NCBI GenBank assembly: GCA_031425655.1
Contig: JANPJS010000063.1
Span: forward strand, 1 to 32,915
Length of the DNA stretch: 32,915 nt
Source of the DNA: Abditibacteriaceae bacterium
GTDB taxonomy: Bacteria > Armatimonadota > Abditibacteriia > Abditibacteriales > Abditibacteriaceae
Direction of reading: 5' to 3'
Below the pieces are notes generated by a model, which was given only the letters and a program-made list of their open reading frames with translations, made no database searches and was not told where the DNA came from. Positions 25,700 to 32,915 of this stretch are shown here, one piece after another. Position 1 is the first letter of the stretch. Each line of letters opens with the position of its first letter. A program made the position numbers and the translations under genes.

Positions 25700-28372
25700 A
25701 TGAACGACATTGAAAAAACCGACCGCTATCAACCAGCGGACATTGAAACCAAATGGCAAACGCGCTGGGCGCAGCGAGACTTGTTTCGCACCAGCGACGA
25801 TCCGTCGAAGCCAAAATTCTATTACCTGGATATGTTCCCCTACCCGTCGGGCGATTTGCACGTCGGGCACGTTCGCAATTACGCTATCGGCGACGCTATC
25901 GCGCGCTATCGTGTCATGAATGGCTTCGCGGTGCTGCATCCGATGGGTTGGGACGCTTTCGGATTGCCCGCCGAAAACGCGGCGATTAAGAACCAAGTGC
26001 ATCCGCGCGACTGGACTTTGCGCTGCATCGAGCGAATGCACGAGCAATTCGCCAAATTGGGCATCGCCTTCGATTGGAATCACGAAGTCACGACCTGCCT
26101 GCCCGATTATTACAAGTGGACGCAGTGGCTTTTTCTGCAATTCTACAAGCGCGGATTGGCCGAACGGCGCGCGGCGAACGTCAACTGGTGCCCCAGTTGC
26201 GCGACGGTTTTGGCTAACGAACAAGTCAAAGACGGCGCCTGCGAACGCTGTAACTCAACCGTCGAACAAAAAACCTTGACGCAGTGGTTTTTCAAAACTA
26301 CCGCCTACGCACAGCGATTGTTGGACGATTTGGACGCATTAGAATGGCCCGAACGCGTGAAAACCATGCAGCGCCACTGGATTGGTCGCAGCGAAGGCGT
26401 GAGTTTTCACTTTCCGGTCCGGACCTCCCCTCCTGTGGGAGGGGTTGGGGGAGGGGAAGCCAAAACTATTGAAGTCTTTACGACGCGCGTGGACACGGTT
26501 TTCGGCGTCACTTACATGGTTTTGGCGCCCGATCATGCTTTAGTCGGCGATTTGGTGCGCGGCACGGAGTTCGAGACGCCCGCCGAAGAATTCAAAAACC
26601 ACGTCGCGCTGCAAAAAGACGAGCAGCGTGATCGCGGCGACGACATTCCCAAAGAGGGCATTTTCACCGGCGCTTATTGCATCAATCCGATGACTGGCGA
26701 AGACGTGCCGATTTGGCTCGGCAACTACGTGGTCAGCGATTACGGCAGCGGCGCCGTGATGGCCGTCCCAGCGCACGATCAGCGCGATTGGGAATTCGCT
26801 AAAGCACACGATTTGGCGATTAAAGTCGTGATTGGACCGCCCTCACCCCCGGCCCCTCTCCCAATCCGCTTCGCGGGAGAGGGGAGCAGGTTAGAACTTG
26901 GTAGCGTTTCGCTTTCTGATGTCGAGTCTGCATTCCCACTCCCCTCTCCCGCGAAGCGAATTGGGAGAGGGGCCGGGGGTGAGGGCGAACTCGGCGCCTA
27001 CGAGGAATATGGCGTTCTCATCAATTCCGGCGAATTTTCCGGCCTGTCATCGGCGGACGCTAAAACCAAAATCGCCGAATTCATGGAGGCGAACGGCATC
27101 GGTAAGCGCACCGTAAATTTCCGGTTACGCGATTGGTGTTTGTCGCGCCAGCGTTATTGGGGCTGCCCGATTCCCGTCATTTATTGCGAAGACGGCACGA
27201 TTGAAGCCGTGCCGGAAGACCAATTGCCGGTTTTGTTGCCGACCGATGTGAAATTCACCGGGCAGGGCGGCAATCCGCTTTTGACCAGCGATACCTTCCT
27301 CAACGCGACGGATTCGCAGGGCCGTCCGGCGCGGCGCGAAACCGATACGATGGATACCTTCGTGGATTCGTCGTGGTATTTTCTGCGCTATTGCTCGCCC
27401 GATTCCGCCGATGCGCCGTTTCGCGCCGAAGAAGTTGGGCGCTGGATGAACGTGGATCAATACGTCGGCGGCATCGAGCACGCTACGATGCACCTGATTT
27501 ACGCCCGTTTTTTCAACAAAGTGCTTTTCGATACGGGCATGGCGCCGACTTCAGAGCCGTTCGCGCGCTTGTTCACGCAAGGCATGGTCACGATGTATTC
27601 CGAAAAGGAAGACAAAGTGCTGAAAATGAGCAAAAGCAAAGGCAACGTGGTGGCGCTCGACCACGCCGTTTCGCGCTTTGGCGCCGACGCCACGCGCATG
27701 GCCACGCTTTATCTCGGCCCAGCGGAAATCGACGCCGAATGGGACAGAGACAGCGATAAAGTCTTCGTCGGCCCCTATCGTTTTCTGGAAAAAGTCTGGC
27801 GACTGGCTCTGGCGCGGCCTTTTACGGCCAACTGGCGCGAAATTATCGGAGAGGTTTCGCCCGCTGATGTGAAGCTGCGCCGCAAAACGCATCAAACGAT
27901 TCTCAAAGTCGGCGCCGACATCGAACGCTTTTCCTTGAATACAGCTTTAGCCGCATTGATGGAATTTTCCAACACGCTGCAAGAATGGCACAGCAAAAGG
28001 ATGAAGGATGAAGGCGGAAGTCTGAGCGAAAACGCCGTGTATTCCGAAGCGATTGAATCGCTTTTGGTGCTTTTAGCGCCGTTCGCGCCGCATCTTGCCG
28101 ATGAATTACTGGAACAACTCGGCTTCGCGTCGTCGGCTTACGAAATGGCGTGGCCAAAGGGCGACGCAGAACTGGCAAAGGAAGAAGAAATCGTGATGCC
28201 GGTGCAGATCAACGGCAAACTGCGCGCAAGGTTGACCGTTCCCGCTGATAGCGATGAGGAAACCGTGCGACAAGCCGCATTGGGCGACGCCGATGTGCAA
28301 GCGCAACTCGGCGGAGCCGCGCCCAAGCGCGTTATCATCGTGCCGGGCCGTTTAGTCAACATCGTCGCGTAA
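25700..28372 (+). CDS. leuS: Leucine--tRNA ligase carrying repeat-derived insertions
   Basis: MFPYPSG.LHVGH, WIGRSEG, TTRVDT, GAVMAVPAHDQRD, DWCLSRQRYWG, GGIEHA, KMSKS and RLVNIV. Confidence 0.98.
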   Translation: MNDIEKTDRYQPADIETKWQTRWAQRDLFRTSDDPSKPKFYYLDMFPYPSGDLHVGHVRNYAIGDAIARYRVMNGFAVLHPMGWDAFGLPAENAAIKNQVHPRDWTLRCIERMHEQFAKLGIAFDWNHEVTTCLPDYYKWTQWLFLQFYKRGLAERRAANVNWCPSCATVLANEQVKDGACERCNSTVEQKTLTQWFFKTTAYAQRLLDDLDALEWPERVKTMQRHWIGRSEGVSFHFPVRTSPPVGGVGGGEAKTIEVFTTRVDTVFGVTYMVLAPDHALVGDLVRGTEFETPAEEFKNHVALQKDEQRDRGDDIPKEGIFTGAYCINPMTGEDVPIWLGNYVVSDYGSGAVMAVPAHDQRDWEFAKAHDLAIKVVIGPPSPPAPLPIRFAGEGSRLELGSVSLSDVESAFPLPSPAKRIGRGAGGEGELGAYEEYGVLINSGEFSGLSSADAKTKIAEFMEANGIGKRTVNFRLRDWCLSRQRYWGCPIPVIYCEDGTIEAVPEDQLPVLLPTDVKFTGQGGNPLLTSDTFLNATDSQGRPARRETDTMDTFVDSSWYFLRYCSPDSADAPFRAEEVGRWMNVDQYVGGIEHATMHLIYARFFNKVLFDTGMAPTSEPFARLFTQGMVTMYSEKEDKVLKMSKSKGNVVALDHAVSRFGADATRMATLYLGPAEIDAEWDRDSDKVFVGPYRFLEKVWRLALARPFTANWREIIGEVSPADVKLRRKTHQTILKVGADIERFSLNTALAALMEFSNTLQEWHSKRMKDEGGSLSENAVYSEAIESLLVLLAPFAPHLADELLEQLGFASSAYEMAWPKGDAELAKEEEIVMPVQINGKLRARLTVPADSDEETVRQAALGDADVQAQLGGAAPKRVIIVPGRLVNIVA
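26424..26456. repeat. Half palindromic element in-frame in leuS
   Basis: CCTCCCCTCCTGTGGGAGGGGTTGGGGGAGGGG, encoding SPPVGGVGGG. Confidence 0.75.
26839..26986. repeat. 148-bp palindromic element in-frame in leuS
   Basis: 48-bp arms GCCCTCACCCCCGGCCCCTCTCCCAATCCGCTTCGCGGGAGAGGGGAG with 1 mismatch. Each arm is itself a hairpin. Confidence 0.95.
27997..28020 (+). repeat. GGATGAA heptamer tract in-frame in leuS
   Basis: AAGGATGAAGGATGAAGGCGGAAG (RMKDEGG), the same units as 18910-19025. Confidence 0.75.
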
Positions 28373-28392
28373 AAGTCGCATAAATCGGCAAA

Positions 28393-28428
28393 GAAAAAGG
28401 CCTACCCCAAACGGGGCAGGCCTTTTTC
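28393..28428. terminator. Bidirectional terminator
   Basis: GAAAAAGGCCTACCCC-aaac-GGGGCAGGCCTTTTTC between convergent genes. Confidence 0.85.
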
Positions 28429-28440
28429 GATTTCCAAGCT

Positions 28441-28959
28441 TTACATCGCGGAAAAACGTCCGCCGTGCTGCGCCAAAACCGAACGCACTTGGTCGGAGCT
28501 AACGGCGCTGCCCGTGGTGTCAACGGCCACCAAAACGCGGCCTTGCTCGACTTCGCCGCCGTAATAAGCCGCATCGCGCTCGTCGTAGCCAGCATGAGCT
28601 AATGCGCCGGCAATGGCGCCCGTCGTGCCGCCAACAACCGCACCGGCTACCGCGCCGCCGCCGACCGCGCCGAGAGCGGTCGTCAGCAAGGTGCCCGCCG
28701 TGATGAACGGCCCGACGCCGGGAATGAGCGCGGCGGCGATACCAAACAAAGCGCCGACTCCGGCGCCGGCGGCCAAACCTTTAGCCGCGTCCGAGCCGGC
28801 GTCCGTGGCGGCGTGCGCGCCATCTTCCATCGAAACGCCATCGCCGTGCTTCGATACGAAAGACAAATGCGCGTCGGCAACGCCCATGCCGCGCAATGCG
28901 GATACGGCCTGTTCGGCTTGCTGCTGGCTGTCAAAAACAGCGGTTACTCGGTTCATCAT
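28441..28959 (-). CDS. General stress protein (YflT-like with glycine zipper)
   Basis: VTAVFDSQQQAEQAVSAL..G, Gly/Ala-rich IPGVGPFITAG and Y...VEQGRVLVAV. GAGG RBS. Confidence 0.82.
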   Translation of the reverse strand: MMNRVTAVFDSQQQAEQAVSALRGMGVADAHLSFVSKHGDGVSMEDGAHAATDAGSDAAKGLAAGAGVGALFGIAAALIPGVGPFITAGTLLTTALGAVGGGAVAGAVVGGTTGAIAGALAHAGYDERDAAYYGGEVEQGRVLVAVDTTGSAVSSDQVRSVLAQHGGRFSAM

Positions 28960-29168
28960 TGTGTAATGTCACCTCAAAAAAGTCACTCATGCGTCGTTAA
29001 ACGCTGAGATGAGTGCGTTGTGTCCATAAGCAAGAACAATGCCCAGAGCTTTTATGAAGGTGTTAAATCTAACCGTTCGCCCAAATAACGCGGTCGCGCT
29101 TTGGGTTTGGCAACTCGACGCGCCCGCCGCCATCGCTATACTTTGGCGGAAGCACAAGGAGAAAATTC

Positions 29169-29918
29169 ATGTCAGGAAGACCACAAGGCGCACGACCGCA
29201 AAGCGCGCCGGCTCAAATCAAGCCCGATAGCGAGCGCATTGCGCGCCAGTTCATTTCGTTTTCGTATTACAAGCTCGACCCGGCGTGGCGCCATTTACCC
29301 GCCGAAGAACAAGCACGAGGCCGCGCCGAATGGCTCGAAGCCGTGCGCGAATTTGAAGGCAGCGGCACGGTTTTAGTGCCGTATTCGTGCGTCGGAATGC
29401 GCGCCGAACACGACATTATGCTGTGGCGCATTGATTACAAATTAGAGCGCTTGCAGCAGATGAGCGCGGCGATGAGCCACAGCGGATTGGGCAAATATCT
29501 GCTGCCCTCGCTGTCGTTTCTCTCGATGAGCAAACGCAGCCTTTACGTGGACAAAATCAACCCCGAACACGACGAGCTTCGCACCACGATCAAGCCGGGG
29601 CGCGGCAAATACATCTTCGTTTACCCGTTTGTGAAGTCGCGCGAATGGTATTTGCTGCACAAGCAAACGCGACAAGGCATCATGGACGAGCACATCGAAA
29701 TCGGCAACAAATACCCGTCCGTGAAGCTAAACACGACCTATTCGTTCGGCATTGACGATCAGGATTTCGTGGTCGCTTTCGAGGGTGATTATCCCGAAGA
29801 TTTCATTGACTTGGTAATGGAACTGCGCGAATCGGACGGCAGCAAATACACCGTCCGCGACACGCCGATTATCACGGGAATTAAAGGCACGCTCGAAGAA
29901 ATTCTCGACACGCTTTAA
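29169..29918 (+). CDS. Chlorite dismutase superfamily protein, probably coproheme decarboxylase (ChdC/HemQ)
   Basis: VYPFVKSREWYLL...MDEH..IG..YP.V...TTYSFGIDDQDFVVAFE and YTVRDTP. Two-domain length, no signal peptide. Confidence 0.8.
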   Translation: MSGRPQGARPQSAPAQIKPDSERIARQFISFSYYKLDPAWRHLPAEEQARGRAEWLEAVREFEGSGTVLVPYSCVGMRAEHDIMLWRIDYKLERLQQMSAAMSHSGLGKYLLPSLSFLSMSKRSLYVDKINPEHDELRTTIKPGRGKYIFVYPFVKSREWYLLHKQTRQGIMDEHIEIGNKYPSVKLNTTYSFGIDDQDFVVAFEGDYPEDFIDLVMELRESDGSKYTVRDTPIITGIKGTLEEILDTL

Positions 29919-29936
29919 GCACACAGAGGACAAAGG

Positions 29937-29971
29937 AAAGGGAGACACGAGATTTTCTCGTGTCTCCCTTT
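29937..29971. terminator. Terminator hairpin
   Basis: AAAGGGAGACACGAGA-ttt-TCTCGTGTCTCCCTTT followed by T. Confidence 0.8.
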
Positions 29972-30233
29972 TGCATCCGCTCACAAAACAAAGAGGTGGC
30001 GGTGGCGACTTTTTGTGCCCGCCGAAACTGCGCACGATGCGGGAGGCCATCCTTTGACGGTTCATGAATTCGTTCTTCATCGCGTGCCTCCTGTTGGGAT
30101 GAATCGTGTTTAATAAATAAATGGAAAGTGCGGCAACGGGAAAAGCATTAGTTACACTGCCCACACCCAAAACACCAAGATAGGACTACGATCTTCTGAG
30201 ATCGGCTAAGTCGAAAGGGATTGTTTTTAACCT

Positions 30234-32768
30234 ATGAAAGAAGCAACGGCACGCATCAAAATCAACAAGATGCTTGAAGAAGCAGGATGGCGTTTTTTTG
30301 CTGATGAGGGTGGCCCCGCGAATATCCGATTGGAGCCGGGCGTCACGCTAAAAAAGAACGAACTCGACGCATTAGGCGAAGATTTCGAGAAGGCGAGCAA
30401 GGGCTTTATTGATTTCCTGCTGCTTGATTCCAAAAACTTTCCGCTCATTGTGCTGGAAGCGAAAGCCGAAGATAAAAACCCGCTTAATGGAAAAGAACAA
30501 GCCCGCAAATATGCCAAGTCGCTTAATTGTCGCTTTGTGATTTTGTCCAACGGCAATCTGCACTACTTTTGGGACTTGGAGCGCGGCAACCCGAACATTA
30601 TCACGGCGTTTCCCACGCCCGAATCGGCAGGAGCTTATAAAAAGACAGAGCCAAATCCGCAAAAGTTGATTGAGGAGGAAGTCAACGACGACTATATCGT
30701 TCTCACGCAGCGGCCCGATTATCAAGCGGTGGCGGCGTGGAAAAACCAAGCGGAGCGGCCCGCCTACATTCAAGCCAACAAGTTGCGCTTTTTGCGGGAC
30801 TATCAGAAGAACGCCATCCGGCACTTGCAAAAGGCGGTTAAAGAACAGAAAGACCGTTTTTTGTTTGAAATGGCAACCGGAACCGGCAAAACGCTGACAT
30901 CGGCGGCGGTTATAAAATTGTTTCTGCGTTCGGGCAATGCCAAACGGGTGCTGTTTTTAGTGGATCGCCTCGAATTGGAAGACCAAGCCAAGAAAGCGTT
31001 TAGCGCGTTATTAGCCAACGATTACAAAACCGTCATCTTCAAAGAAAACCGCGACGACTGGCACCATGCGGAAATTGTTGTCACCACGGTGCAATCGCTG
31101 CTGTTCAACAATAAATATAAGTCGCTTTTTTCGCCAACGGATTTCGACCTTGTGATTTCCGACGAAGCGCATCGTTCGATTGGCGGCAACTCACGCGCGG
31201 TTTTCGAGTATTTCGTGGGCTATAAGTTGGGATTAACCGCTACGCCGCGCGATTATTTGAAACTCTTCGACAAAACCAGCCCGACTACCCGCGACCCGCG
31301 CGAATATGAGCGCCGGATGCTGCTCGATACCTACCGCACTTTCGGCTGCGAAGACGGAACGCCGACATTTCGCTATACGCTCCTTGATGGCGTCAAAGAT
31401 GGCTTTTTGATTAACCCGACCGTCGTGGATGCACGGACGGAAATCACCACCGAGTTACTTTCGGAAAAGGGTTACATTCGGGAATTTAAAGATGAGCAGG
31501 GCGAAGATCAAAAGCAGGTTTTCGAGCAGCGCGATTTTGAAAAGCGTTTCTTTTCGGAAGCCAGCAACGAGGTTTTTTGCGCGACCTTTCTCAACAAGGC
31601 AATGCGCGACCCGGTGAGCGGTGAAATCGGCAAGTCCATCGTCTTCGCCGTCAGTCAGAACCACGCTTCTAAGTTGGCGCAGATTTTCAACGTGATGGCC
31701 GACACGATGTTTCCCGGTAAATATCAATCGGACTTCGCGGTGCAGGTGACTTCGCAAATCGAAGGCGCGCAGCAGTTCACCATCAACTTCGCCAACAATA
31801 ATCTGCTCGGTTCGGCCAATTTTTTGGATGAATACAAAACCAGCAAGGCGCGCATTTGTGTGACTGTCGGCATGATGACGACGGGCTACGATTGCCCCGA
31901 TATTCTCAATCTTGGCTTGTTTCGCCCGATATTCTCGCCGACGGATTTCATTCAAATCAAAGGACGCGGCACTCGCAAGCACGATTTTCGCGAAGAACTG
32001 ACCGACGCGGAGATGAAGGAAAACGTCGCCGAGCCGGAGAAAACAGCGTTCAAACTCTTTGATTTCTTTGCCAACTGCGAATACTTCGACAAAGAATTCA
32101 AATACGACGAAGTGCTGGAACTGCCCGCGTTGAAAACGGGTGAAAGCAAAAGCGACCCGCCGGGCGGCGTGGTTGTGGTCGGCGGCGCTTATGAATATCA
32201 GGGCGGCGATATTCTCGCCACGCTGCAAGAGCAACCCATCGGCGCCGAGGGCATGAAGATTGACCGGATGCTTTTCGAGAAGTTTGAAGACCGCGTCAAA
32301 GCCGACAGTTTCATCGCCGACAGCGTGCAAAGCGGGCAATGGGAGCGCGCCATTGAATACATCAACCGCGAAGTGCTGAACCAGCCCAACGAATTCTACA
32401 CACTCGACAAGCTCCGCAAAGCCGCCGCTGTTGATCGGCGCCTTTCGATGCGCGAAATCGTCGAAAAAGTCTTCGGCTTGATTCCGCGCTTTAAATCGAA
32501 GGATGAACTGCTCGAAGAAGAATTTCAAAAGTTCCTCGCCGAACAAACGCCCGAAAACGTCGAAGATATTCCGGCGCTGCGTAATTTTTTCAAGGCTTAC
32601 GCTACCAGCAATCTCGTGCGCGAAAGCATTGATAGCAGGCAGTTCACCGACCTCGCTACCAACGCGGTTTTCTCGACCACCGACCTCAAAGCTGTGCCGA
32701 CTCCATACCGCACGGCGATTCCCGAATATATCAAGAATTATGTGCCGCTAAATCAGTTTGCGGGGTGA
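30234..32768 (+). CDS. hsdR: Type I restriction enzyme R subunit-like (nuclease + DEAH SF2 helicase)
   Basis: EATARIKINKMLEEAGW, IDFLL...LEAK...QA..YA, LSNG, LRDYQ, MATGTGKT, DEAHRS, GLTATP, MMTTGYD and QIKGRGTR. Confidence 0.88.
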   Translation: MKEATARIKINKMLEEAGWRFFADEGGPANIRLEPGVTLKKNELDALGEDFEKASKGFIDFLLLDSKNFPLIVLEAKAEDKNPLNGKEQARKYAKSLNCRFVILSNGNLHYFWDLERGNPNIITAFPTPESAGAYKKTEPNPQKLIEEEVNDDYIVLTQRPDYQAVAAWKNQAERPAYIQANKLRFLRDYQKNAIRHLQKAVKEQKDRFLFEMATGTGKTLTSAAVIKLFLRSGNAKRVLFLVDRLELEDQAKKAFSALLANDYKTVIFKENRDDWHHAEIVVTTVQSLLFNNKYKSLFSPTDFDLVISDEAHRSIGGNSRAVFEYFVGYKLGLTATPRDYLKLFDKTSPTTRDPREYERRMLLDTYRTFGCEDGTPTFRYTLLDGVKDGFLINPTVVDARTEITTELLSEKGYIREFKDEQGEDQKQVFEQRDFEKRFFSEASNEVFCATFLNKAMRDPVSGEIGKSIVFAVSQNHASKLAQIFNVMADTMFPGKYQSDFAVQVTSQIEGAQQFTINFANNNLLGSANFLDEYKTSKARICVTVGMMTTGYDCPDILNLGLFRPIFSPTDFIQIKGRGTRKHDFREELTDAEMKENVAEPEKTAFKLFDFFANCEYFDKEFKYDEVLELPALKTGESKSDPPGGVVVVGGAYEYQGGDILATLQEQPIGAEGMKIDRMLFEKFEDRVKADSFIADSVQSGQWERAIEYINREVLNQPNEFYTLDKLRKAAAVDRRLSMREIVEKVFGLIPRFKSKDELLEEEFQKFLAEQTPENVEDIPALRNFFKAYATSNLVRESIDSRQFTDLATNAVFSTTDLKAVPTPYRTAIPEYIKNYVPLNQFAG

Positions 32769-32791
32769 GAATAAGAACCCCATCAAGAGAA

Positions 32792-32915
32792 CCCCATCCC
32801 CGGCCCTTCCCCTTAAACGACAGGGGAAGGGAGGTCAGACCCTTTTGCTTCGGGAGAATTATTAGTTTTTCGGGGAATATGCGTGCTCTCCCTTCCCCTG
32901 TCGTTTAAGGGGAAG
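32792..32915. repeat. Palindromic element related to the large leuS insert (truncated by the window end)
   Basis: Left arm CCCCATCCCCGGCCCTTCCCCTTAAACGACAGGGGAAGGGAG. Bases 32888-32915 are the perfect reverse complement of 32806-32833. Confidence 0.88.

Noticed and set aside
26839..26986. Intein or self-splicing intron in leuS
   Set aside because: Only ~49 codons, no C/S...HN intein termini and no group I/II features. It is a simple palindrome.
29727..30170. Minus-strand ORF with AGGAGG before ATG 30080
   Set aside because: It runs through a terminator and antisense into the ChdC-like gene, with no recognisable domain. A short peptide cannot be excluded.
2538..32546. Long antisense ORFs (e.g. 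2538-3344, 10195-11442, 17140-17913, 31455-32546)
   Set aside because: Shadow frames of well-supported genes in GC-rich DNA.
1..32915. tRNA, rRNA, riboswitch, T-box upstream of leuS, reverse transcriptase or integrase genes
   Set aside because: None recognised by eye. The ~100-nt gap before leuS is taken up by a repeat.

Overview
Bacterial chromosomal window with a GC-rich backbone and about 25 genes. It begins with the right end of an IS3-family element. The housekeeping and envelope genes are a UVR-motif protein, an M16 peptidase, a DUF2961 protein, a GlmU-like protein, a VIT/vWA protein, an EF-G paralog, an AI-2E transporter, an aldo/keto reductase, a GT1 glycosyltransferase, an NHL lipoprotein, a GxGD protease-like protein, leuS and a ChdC/Cld-like protein. 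The window ends with a type I HsdR-like gene. Two things stand out. (1) At 13749-16737 there is an integron-like platform with no integrase in the window, built twice in tandem as repeat A - cargo - repeat B. Repeat A carries a promoter and ends in an attI-like simple site (GCATAAY-N5-GTT). Cargo 1 is an RsrI/EcoRI-type R-M pair preceded by an attC-like remnant; cargo 2 is a DUF433/DUF5615 toxin-antitoxin pair. A 21-bp repeat array and a tandem-domain gene sit where intI would be expected. (2) Most intergenic gaps hold a palindromic REP/MITE-like element from one of many families, and several are translated in-frame. Three lie inside leuS and one supplies the signal peptide of the DUF2961 gene. 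All calls come from motif recognition by eye; no searches were run.
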